NCBI GenBank assembly: GCA_907165135.1
Contig: OU015569.1
Location: 3,596,001 to 3,660,000 of the forward strand
Direction of reading: 5' to 3'
DNA from: Oikopleura dioica
Taxonomy: Eukaryota; Animalia; Chordata
DNA length: 64,000 bases
Positions within the stretch are counted from its first letter, which is position 1. Each line of letters starts with the position of its first letter. Under the pieces are notes generated by a model that saw only the letters and a list, made by a program, of their open reading frames with translations, was not told the origin of the DNA and did not search any database. Positions 13,901 to 25,900 of the stretch are shown piece by piece. A program made the translations under genes and the position numbers.

Positions 13901-16900
13901 AAGTTATTTCGAGTCAAAGTTGGCGATTCCGGAGGAGGATCCCTTAATTCATTCTCCTGCATTTACCTATATTGCTTATTCTATGGTTTAGGTGACGGAC
14001 GAGCGAGACCGCCTTCGAAATGAACTGACCGCGACATTCGCCAACTCCCAAGTCGCCGTAGATGTAAGTTTTGAAACTTGAGTTGAATCGTGGAAGTACT
14101 TGTTCGGGGCTTTATTATAGCCCCATCGCTAGAAAAGAAAATAACTTGTCAGCAAAAACGAAAATGCAAATGTAGGGGTGTTATATAAGATGAATTAATT
14201 TTGTTCGAAGGATAAAAATGATTGTGCGCAGAGTCACCATCTTGATCATTGATCAAGGCCGTTTCCCCGGTAAATTGTTACCATTTTTTTTCATTCGTAA
14301 GATGTACGATCCTCCCGTCCAAATTCTCATTTTTCGTAATTCATCAAGTGAAAAAATTTATAGGAAGTCGAATCTTGCAGGTTATTTTATAGTTTTCACC
14401 AAAAGTGCGTTCAAACTGTAGTTATAAATCATAATTTAAAAGCTGTTCTTTTTGAACATAATTAGGGCTGAATCGTAAGGGTGAATTTTTTACTATTTTT
14501 TCTGCGGAAGTAGGCGAGATTTACAAGATTTATTTTCTCATGAATGGTCTTCAGATTACGTGATTAAAATGTGTTTGTGCGTTAGTGAGTTAATAGTAAG
14601 CTCGGGGTTGAAAAAATTGTTTTCTGCGGTGATTGTGGAGTGTATTTAGCGGTGGTGTAGTGGTCTTGCTCCTCCAATCCGTACAGCCCAGCTCTGCCCT
14701 AGGCGAAAGTGGCCCAAACTCTATCAAAAGCCCTATAAATTCCTCTCCTGCTTAAATTTAATTCTCAACGAACTTATCACTTCGGAAACATGCGGATTGT
14801 ACGAGATGGAAGCAGAGTTTAAGGCGAGGTTTCAATTTGGCGGGTTTTGACCACATCGTGGTGCTGGGACGATATTTTGAAAACCTGCGCGAAAGGCTAA
14901 AATATGGGCTCAACGAGAAAGGGGAGAGAAATTAACCCAGGAAATGGAGCAGGAACGTGAGCGCCTCGCCAAAGAGCGCAGACATGCTAAAGACGAGCTC
15001 GACAGGATCGACTCTGAACTCGCTAAGACAAAAGAAAGGGACCTTTAAGAATTATTTTATTTTACCACACAGCAGATTATATAATTTATCTGTTAGAAGC
15101 AGAACGCACAAAGAACGTGTTTCCCCTCTTTCGGCGTTCCTGAAAACCGTTTTTAGTGTGAATGTGTTTTATATATTTTTGAACTCGTTTGGAGGGCATT
15201 TGACTACTCCTCTAGGTGTAACATTGTACAATAATGATCCCAAAAATAGAGCGCGAAAATATAGTAAATGAAACATTCCAGCAAATCCGCAGTGACTTTG
15301 ACTCCATTCAGGCCGAGCTCTACAAGTCCCACGTGCTTCCCTTTCCTCTTCACTTTTTCTGCAGGCCCGAGGATAGGTCCTCCCCGCGCCGCCAGTTCCT
15401 TTCATTTATCTCATTCGCTGGCGTTTCCTGTTTTCCCTTCTGTCACCTGGCTTTTTCGCACTTTTGCCGAAACTGATTTTTTCCATTGGCTCTTGAGAGA
15501 GATAATCTCCGCAAGAAGAGTCTCACTAGAAACTCTGAAAGTAATCTAACGATCGCCGCCTCGAGATTCAGCGGAAAACAGGACAGCGCTTCTTTTATTT
15601 TGTTTTTCATTTTTTTTGCGAATGAGAGACTCGTCAAAGAAATGAAGTTCTGGAAACGAAAACAGGTGACTTTCGCGCGGGATGCATCACGATAACTTTT
15701 GAGGAGCTCGGTTTAAGACAGATCATGCTAAAATAAAAGTAGTTAACAAACAGTTATTTTCCTCGACTCTCAATAATCTCGGCAAGGCTGTTACTTCAAG
15801 GAGAGAGTATCTAAATCAGGTTTCTAACTTGCGTGAATCGGTATTGGTGCGGGTATTTATTTTATTATGCGGGACAGGTTACTTCTTTTTCTGGCATAAT
15901 GGTGTAATTTTTTGGTGTTGATATTCTCAAGACCATTTAAAAAAATGCATTTCAGGAATATGAAAGAATCAAGGCCGAAAATGCGACACTGCGGACGGAG
16001 CTTGATCAGAGCAGAGCTACTCACGACAACTACCTCAGACTTCAAGAAAACCACAAAGAACTTCAAGAGCATTTAGCTCAAGGTAAGTTAATCGATTTGA
16101 CTTTGGCTAAGTCTGTGCAAAGCTACTGCGAATTTCGAGACCTTCCGCGATGCTGCACTCAACGGCGAAATTCCGAATAAGCGAAAAATCACGCAACTGG
16201 AAGAGGACCTCAGTCTCACTCAGAAGGCGCTTGAAGAGAGCGAAAGTCAAAATCAAACGTACAGCGCTCGAATAAAGCAGCTGCTCGACGAGCGAGAGCA
16301 AGAGCAGGGCCAGTTCAAGAAGTTGTACGAGTCGGCGATTCAAGAAAGTGAAGGAAAGACAGAAGACCTTGTCAGTAAGTTGAACCAGGAGATCGAGTCG
16401 CGCGGTGTTCTACTCGTCGAGAATAAAAAACAGTGGGATGATGAGAGAGAAGAAATGGAAGCCAAAATTCACGAGTTGGAAAAAGACATCGAGTATTACT
16501 CCGACGTTATTAAAACAGCAAAGGACGAGGCGGAGGAGTCGGCTGCATCCGCTCAGCAAATTGAAGCCGAGTTGCAGGAAAAGATCGATCAGCTGACGCG
16601 CGAGCTGAAGAGCGAGCACAACAGAGTCGACGCTCTAAGCAAGCAGATCATTGAGAAAGACAACGACGTGAAGGAGCTCAGCGGACGAGTAGCCACAATG
16701 GTTTCTGTTCAAGATCAGATGGCGGAAATGAGCAAAGAGTGGTCGCAAAAGCTCGAGGAATTGAGTACCACCAAGGCGATGCTCATCGGAGAGCGAGATC
16801 AGATGAAAGAAAAGGCCAAGACAGAAAGTGAAGAAAACAAAAAGCTTTCTGACCAGATGGAAGCTCTGCAAAATAAGCTAGAAGAGACCGAAGCTAACGT

Positions 16901-19900
16901 GATCAGTATGGAGGAAATCATTGTTGATCTGAAGAGCCGCGATGATCAGAGTCGCGAGATCCTAGATCGTCGAGATGACGAGATCAAACTCCTCAAGACG
17001 AGAACTGAACATCTTGAAGATCTGGAAGCAAAGATTCAAGACCTTCAAACGCACATTGAGACCCAAGAAGCCGGTTTTAATGCGGAGCGGGAGGTCTTCA
17101 ACCGCGAGAACGAGCATGCGAAGGACGAGATTGAATCGTTGGTCAAAGACTACGAAATCTTTGCGGTTCAGCTTGCCGACAAAGATGAGAAACTCAAGAT
17201 CTTTACTGCTGTGCAGGAGCAGCTCCACGAAGTCACAGACGAGCGCGATAGATTGGACAAACAGCTCAAAGAGCGTGCAGAAGAGATCGAAGGCACTAAA
17301 CTTGAGCTGGCAGAGGCGAAAGAGAAATGCCAAAAAGTGAGCGAGGAATTCGAAATCTTCAAGGGACAAGCCAGTTCAAAGGACGTCGAGACAAGCGAAG
17401 CTCTTGCCGTTCAGGCGGCGCAGAAAACCGCGACTGAAGTTCAGCTAAAGGAAATGCGCGAGCATTTAGAAGCGCAAAAGGAACTGTTGGCGCAGAATCA
17501 AATGGAGAGTGAAAAGCTGCGAGCGGAAATCGATGTGCTTAATTCGGTAAAAACCGAGGGCGAAGATCGATGCAAGGAGTTGCAGGATGAGTGCGCTGAG
17601 CTTCGTACACTGAAAAAGGAGCTTGAAGAATTGCAGGAGACGCACGGAATCGTTATCGAGGAGTACAACCTTCTCGAAAATGAGTTGAAAGAGACGAAAG
17701 ATCAAGGAGATCAACTCAATAAAAGAGCGGAAAGTCTCGAGGCAGCTCTTGCGAAAGCACTAGCTGGCGAGGCGTTGGCAGCTGGCAGCGTGCATGAACT
17801 CGAAGAGAAAATGTCGAACCTTCTTCACGAAAAACAGACTCTGGCGGACGAGCTTTCGGAAATCAAGAAACGAGAAGAAGTTGTTACATCTAGCCTAGTG
17901 CCTATTGTCCGTAAGTTTTCGAGCGACGAGGCTGACTCGCTAGAAGAACATCCCCTTGATCTCGCAAAAGTCGAAAACTTGAAAGGAGTACTCGATAAGC
18001 GAGATCAAAATCATGTAGCCGAAGTGGATCGACTGATCGCGGAGCTCGAGGAGGCGAAAATGGCGCTAGATGCGAAATCAGCGGAAAATTCGGACTTCGT
18101 CCAACAGCTCGATCGCGCTAGAAAAGACTGTGACCAATTGGCCGCCGAGATTGTTTCTCAACACACGCGATTGACGGAGGAGCGGAAAGAATTCGAAGCT
18201 GCCAACCAACTCAAAATTGTCCAATTCTTCAACGAGAAAAATGCGGAGTTGGAGGAAATGGAAGAGATGTACAATAAACAGTTGAACGTGAAGGTAGAAG
18301 AATTTAACTCCAATATTAAAGGATCGTGCTTTGATATATTTTTTGGGGGGATTGTAATTTCATGGAAAATAAGATTATTTTATTTTTATTATTCTCTCAG
18401 TATGGGAACTCCCATTAAATAATTGAATAACTTCCGTAAAAAGGCGCCCAAGAATAATTGGCATCTGTTTGACCTTTTCACAGGTGTAAATTATGCCTTC
18501 TGACCCCCTAGAAACTATTTACAGTGAATGAAGAGGTACTATCTATGTAAATACAGTCAGTTCACCATTTACGGTCCATGACAAATATTTGCATCTTACT
18601 CATTCGCGCTTTGCTCGGCCTTGATTCCTTGGTACATTCTTGCGCTCCTTTATTTTAAGCTTTTTGTCGAATTTGGGCATAGTCGCAATTCTTTGACATA
18701 TTCTTTTGTTATTTGGCCTGAGAACTGTGATGAGAGGAGAATTATTGTCGAGCGCGTGAATAGAACTCAACGAACAGTTGGCCGAAAGCGAGAGACAGCT
18801 CGAGGAAGTCTGTGAAGCCCACCAGAAAGAGCTCAGTGCGCTGCAGCACGACATTGCCGAAAATAACGACGACAGGGACGTCGAGATGGAAACCCTCACG
18901 CGGGACATGGCTGAGCTCATTCCCTACGCCGAGCAGCTCAAGTCCGAAAACGATCTACTCAAAGAAAGGGTTGAAGAACTCAACAAGAAGAGTGACGAGG
19001 CCGCCCAAGAGCATTTGGATATTCTGGCGCAGATCCAATCTGAAAATAACAAAAATGAACACTATCGTCAGGAAATCAGAGTCTTGACGGGTCAGATTGA
19101 GCAGAAGGCCAAAGTAGAGGATGCTCTGAATTCTGAGATCCACACGCTTAGAGCTTACGTCGAAAAAGTGAAGAACGAGTACGAGACGCAATTTAAGAGC
19201 ATGAACCAAAGTATGATGACAAACGCGACGAACGCCACTGAGTACATGCCGATTCAGATCCGTGTGCCTGTGCTTGGTCCTGAGGGTGAAGGCGACTCCA
19301 GAAACTCAATCGGGACCGTTCATAATCTTGTGGAAGAGCACGCACACGAAGATGATGAAGTTCGTGAAGGCTCCCTTCCTGACTCCGACATACTCGAAAT
19401 GGACTCAAAAGAGATCGAAGTCATTCGTCTTGAAGATCTTGTCAAAGAGCTTCAAGGGCGTCTGGCTAAATATGAAAACCCCGAGCTCGACAATTCGCAA
19501 GAGATTGAAGACAATCAAAACGAATTAAGAGCGCTCGAAACGAAGATCGAAGAACTGTCAAGAGAACGGGAGGATCAGCTCTGTGCTAAGAATGACCACA
19601 TCTCTGAAATCGAAGAACTACGTGCCACCGAGAAAGATAAATTCAGAGCCGAAATTTCCAAACTTCGCGAAAAGATCAGCGAGCTTCAAACTGAGCTTGA
19701 CAAGAAGGAAATCAATGTTCCCGAAGAAGTAGCTCGAGTTCAGGAGGAAAATAAATTTCTTCAAAACCAGGCTGAAGAATTCGCAGACGAGCTTGAACGA
19801 ACTATTAATACAGGTAATAACCCTTAGGTGTCCCAGGAGCTTTTATCCGGTTTTTCAGAGGAACAGCTTTCACAAGAGAACATCGCCCTGCGTAATCAGC

Positions 19901-22900
19901 TGTCCAAGGTCGAGAAAGAGCTGGACCAAATAAAGTTGGAGACACCAGAACGCTTCGAACGCATGATGACTGGCTTCGGGCACGAGCGTAAAGAGTTCGA
20001 CGAAGTCCATGAAAAGATCTTCGAAGAAAACGAGCAACTCAGAAGCGCCTTGGCGAAGATTTACTCAAGAGTAAAAGACGCGATCCAACTGGCGAACAAT
20101 GATGCACTAGAAGCCTCTATCCTCGAGCAGCATCCGATCGGTGACGACGAGATGGACTTGGAAGAGGGTCTCGCCGCAACGGAACAAGTGATCCTGCTTC
20201 TTGATACGATTATCCACGAGATCAAACAGGGTAAGGAAGCACGAGAGTCTACTGAGCATAGCGACGGAAATGTCGAAACTCTTGAAAAGCCTGGATTGAA
20301 GAATCTTTTTACTCTTGACACAACTACTGATCCGGGTGCTAAGGATGAGTCCTTCACTGGCTATGGTAAAAATTCATCCTCGAGATGTCGTAGATCATTA
20401 TAATCAAACCAATTTTTTATGATACAATCTATAATTCTGACCGGAGATCACCGCGTTCTATAGAATATAGATATGTTAATTTTTAGTCATCGAATATCGT
20501 CCCAAATCATTATATGGACTGACAATCATTGATTTAAATACTGCTGAATTCATTAACGTTGATTTTTAATTCTTTCGCCCTTGCATGAAATTGTTGTTAG
20601 CGTGATTGCTTGTGCAAAATTTTTATAGAGTCACTTTTGACAATTCTATTTAGGAGAGGAAGAGCCTTTGCCCCTCTCACCTAAGAAGCCTGGGTCTGAA
20701 CTGGCTGAAATGAAACGGGAGCTCTCTGGATTACGACAGGAGAACAACAAACTTCAAGAAGAGCTTAAAGTTCTCATCACCGAGCGACTGGATGATGCCA
20801 ACGATGAAGTACGACGAATGTATGAAACGCTGCAGCTGAACTTGCACGAAGAGCGCAATGCGAAAGATGAAGAAATTCGCCGCCTTAACCACATTGGTAG
20901 GTCTATTCTTAGCGTTTTCAGTTCATAAAGGGATTATTCTTCATACCATCTCTTTAGTTGAGGAGCAGATTTCAAAGGAGGTCAGCAACGTGGAATCCTT
21001 GCTCCAACAAAACACGGAACTACGCGATCGTCTCCAGTTCGCAGAGCGCGAGTGTGAAACAAAAACCGAGTTTATTACAAAACAGACGTCGGAACAAGAC
21101 GCTGAGCGTGATCACCTCGAACGCAAAGTTCAAGCGCTTCAGCTCGCACTCGAGAAAGTCAAAGACGCTCAGAAGGTAAATTTTTGGCTAAATTCATTCG
21201 GAGCCTTCTTCTGACGGATCTAAATTATGACGGAAACGGCGTAAATTATAGAACACGCTATGCATCCATCAGGCTACCGCTCGCCGCCCCTTTGTGTGCG
21301 ACTCCAACAAAACACTCAAGCACAAAGGGGCCGTTATTTCTAATTTTTTGAAGTGGATTTAGAATTTTCCTTCAGATCGAGCAAGCCAACACCTTGGAAG
21401 AGTCGCTTCATAACAATTCCTTCGCGCCCCATGCTGCCCAAAAACTTGAGCAGCTAGAGACAGAGTTAGAACGCGAGAGAGAGCTTCAGAATAAAATCCA
21501 AGCCGACTACAACGAGCTATGCGTTAAGGTGAGCATTCTTATCTTATTTTTCGTAATTTGATTCACAATGAGAATTATTACTTTAAAAAACCATCATAAT
21601 CACCCCGACTAATTGAATATTTTATTAGTTCACTTTTGAGTAATTCTCCAATAAGCCCGAGATATATTCTTATTGATAGATTCGTTGTTTTATTTAGGGG
21701 ACGCGTTTCGGCATCAAACGTGCCTTCATCAGCCCTAGTACAGAAATTAACTTTTGTGCTCAAAAAATTCTTATTACTCGATATAATCAGTGATATCGTT
21801 GTCGGCGGGATGAAAATGCTATCTATTTCGGAAATGAACACTTAAAATAATCTCATCTCGATATGATACACATTATGTTCTATATCGAGCACTCGGCGAG
21901 GATCCACCTTAGATAAGCATTTGCTTTGTTGGAAAAATTAGACACTACTGAATTTCGATCATCTGACTATTTTAAAGCACCGGGAGTATTTTCGACGATA
22001 TAAAGAGGTAAATTCACCTTCGAATGTCACATTATCGCATGACCTTCTACATCGTATGACTTCGTACCTATTCACCTAATTTCACGAAAATGCGCGGTAA
22101 TCAAAAGGTCTTCTCATCAAATAAGCTCACTTACCATTATTTGAGTCTCCTTCCGTTCTCCTATCAAAAATCCACTCTCCCGCCAGAAGTGCCATTCACT
22201 AAAGTTCTTACCCATACACGCGCATAAATACAGTATTTGCCCTACGCATTGTGCCCGAAACAACAAATTAACGTCTTCTCTAGCTGGAAAGTGCCGAGGC
22301 CGAAGCACAAAAGCGAATAAACCAGTATACCGCTATTGAATTCGAAAAAGAGCAGCTCCAGAGTGAGCTTAAACTCGCATTCGATCGTATTGCTGATCTT
22401 GAGACCTTCATTGACAGACTTAAATTTGGCGACTCCTCACTGAAATCAAAAACGATGTCGCAGAACAACTCATCATTTGCCTCGTCCGGCAACAACTCTA
22501 AAGCTTTCCGCGATGAAAGTCGACTCAATGGATCTGGAGATGTTTCAGCTCTTGATTTATCTGATCCCAAAGAGCCATCAGTAGATCCGGCTGAACATGC
22601 GAAACTGGCCGCAGACTTGGAGTCAAAGACCATGGCGATCACTGACCTCGAAGAGCAGATTCTTGTTCTCAAGAATGATCTTGAAAAAGAGCGCCAAAAG
22701 CAAGCATCACCTCGCGACAAGCCCATAAAGACAGTGGGTTCTCTGCTGGAAGATCTATCTGAAAAGGACAATCAGATTTTCGAAAAAGAAGAAGAGCTGC
22801 TCGTGCTCCAAGATGAGCTCTCACGATCGAAGACCGAAAATGAAAAGCTGAAAAGCGAGCTTGCGAACATGTCTACGAAATCGGGAAATGTTACGAACGA

Positions 22901-25900
22901 AAATGAGATATCTGTCGATGAGAGTGAATTCAAAACATTGAAGATCAAGTGTGAGATGCAAGAAGAGATTATTGGCAAAATGGCAAGAAATATTGAGCTC
23001 TTGAAAGCTACTCAGGTAACAGTCAGCTTATAGCCTCCTGGGGACCCTAACTATATTTTTCTTAAATAATTATAGATGCAATAATAAGATTCTCTTTCAG
23101 CATTTCTTGTTCTGTATGACTGATAGAGTTGCATTATTGATAGTTGGCATATTTATTTATATTCGATAACATATCGACGATATGCCAAAGTGCACTTGCA
23201 AGAAGGTTCTCCCATCTTACACTTGTTGCTTTTTACGCTACATATTGTGGCTTGTCCGGTTATGCACTAATCAGGTGGAGAAGGCCTCTATTGAGCGTCA
23301 CCTAATTGCTTCGCTAACTTTCTCGTTCGTATCTATTTCGATCACAAGAAAAGTCAACGCAAATGAATTCGCTTTACTGAATTTTTAGGACCATGACGAA
23401 AGTCTATGTGACTTTTCCCTCAAAGACGAGTTGAACATCACTGATGGGGATACGAACGGCCCTCAAGGAGATGGCCCACTAGTCGACTTTGACCAGCCTG
23501 CGAACAAATCATCAGACTCTATCGAGTCTAAGGACGAAAACGAAAAGGTGGCTCTTCTTGAAGGCACAGTAGCCGAACTGCATAACGAGCTTGAACTTGC
23601 TGAGTCGCGCGTTGCTGAGCTGCTCAAGATGCAGGCTGGCACGAGAAAAGGTGGAAGGGACAACTCCATTTTATTGGAAGTTCGCGATGAGCTCGAGGAA
23701 TGGCTCTCACATACGATTCTTAATTAGCATTATTTTTAATTAACAAACCCTTCTAGTTAAATACCATCAAAATTAAATTTTTATTTCTCACATGTAATTG
23801 ACTGCTTCCCTTGAAGCGGTGAATCATGAATTTCTTGATGACCAGACTGAAAAAGAAATTCTATCTTTCTGGTATAAAATTAAGCCAGGCATCTTAGAAC
23901 GGTAACCTTAATTGATAATTTAGTTTTTAGTCTTCAAATAATGAGTCAATTTATTGTAAATAGAAACCCATTAATATCTTCCGAAACTGTGCCATCCGCT
24001 ACTAGTTGCCGGTCCGTTTCACTGCTACTAGTTGTCGCGTGGGTCGCATTTTTATCCTTCGCGCTCACCGCTAATAGTTGCCGCATAGGCCCCCGCCAAG
24101 GCGAATATAGGGCGCATAACCCGCCGAGAAAGGGCAACTTTTGCTTGAGCGCTGAAGAGAAAGCGCCCGTTTTCACTGCTACTAGTTGTCGCGAGGGTCG
24201 GATTTAGGCGGCAACTAGTAGCGGATGGCACAGTACCTGAAATATGAAACTATGAGTGGGAAGCGGTTATCTTAGTTTTTCCATGTAACCGAAAATGTAG
24301 CGAGCTATTTAAAGGCTGTTAATGACGAAAGAGAATCTCTTCTTCAAAAGTGGAGGAACTTCGTAATGACTTCGCCGCGCTCAAAAATGAACGTGACGAT
24401 CTTCAAGAAGCGCTCAACGAGGTCGAAGAGGAAAAGTTCCGCCTACTTGAAGAGTCAAGCGAATGCGACAATCTGAAGCAACAAATTAAAAATTTGAAAC
24501 AGGAAAGTCAGAAGCTTCAGAACTTGGAGGATGAACTTCACCGCGTCGAGCAAGAGAACCATGACATCCAAGCATTATTCCAGGACGCACAGGAAGAAAT
24601 CAAGTTCCTTTCCGCTGCAAAAATGGAAAATGCAAAGCTTCTTGCCAAGATTGACGATCTCGAAGCGCTGAAAGACCAAGTCGACGACCTGGAGCAAGAT
24701 AAACGCGAGCTCGATTTCAAAATCTCACAGGGGTACGATAAATCTCAAAGGGGATGGTATTAAATAATTTTTTCAGCTCTGATGTGATGAACAAGCTGAG
24801 AACTGACAAGTCTCATCTCGAGAACGAAGTTTCGAATCTTAACAAGAAGCTCATTGCAAATGAGGTGCGCCAACAAGAGCAGCAACAAACTATTAATGAG
24901 CTGCTGAACCAAATTCAAACGAACAGAGCTGATGTTGAGCACAACAAATCTCACGCGCGAGAGCAAGAGAGCATGTTCATCAAACAGCAAAACAGTAAGA
25001 TGGAGGAAATCAACGATCTCCGACAAGCTCTCACAACCGCCGAATCCGTCAAAGAAGACCTGTCTGGCGAGAATTTCCTTCTAAAACAACGGGTCACAGA
25101 GCTCGAAAACCAATTAGGTCAAATGGCGCATGAAGCCGAGCTGAGTGCGACGGGAGAAGACCTAATGGCTCGCTTGCAACACGAGCTTGATCAGCAAGAT
25201 GCGCTCGACATGCAACTTCTCGGACATCTAACTGGAGAAAAACAGAATCAAGAGAGTGGTCCGCAATTGGACGGACGCATCCAGTCTCTTCTTGACCGAA
25301 TTCACGAAGAGGGCGTTTCTATTTTGGCACTTTCAGAAGCTCAAGCTCTCCGAGGCGATAACGACATTGCCCAGCATCGCGCCGAATCTTCGTATCGCCG
25401 ATTGGAACTCGAACTAGAACAGGTTGATAGAATCGAGAATTTCATTTGGTAACAGTATATAGGAGAAAATTTTGAACCGCGATCTGCAAGAAGCCGTGGA
25501 GCGTGAACAACATCGTCTCAAGGAAGCGGAAATGACTGCCGATTCCGACAAGCGGCAGATTGAGCTGCTTTCATCCAAACTTGCACGAGCCAGGTAAGCA
25601 GCCACAGTTCAAGGTTCCCACATGACTCGCCATTACTTACTCTTGGCATATAAGTAACTGTCAAATCTAACCGTTTTGGCATTATTTGTTCCTTTCTTGT
25701 GTTCCCATCGAAGGACTTTAGCGCTCGCAGCGCTGGCCCGTTGGCGCCCCCAACATTATTCAAAATTTTCTTATAAAAGCACAAAGACAAACATAAATGT
25801 ATTATATTCACATTTATCAGAAGTCAAAGCATAACTAGAATATTTCAAATGCGCTTTCCTCTTTTCTTCTTTCTACAGAGCACTGTTTTTGGAATTCCCT

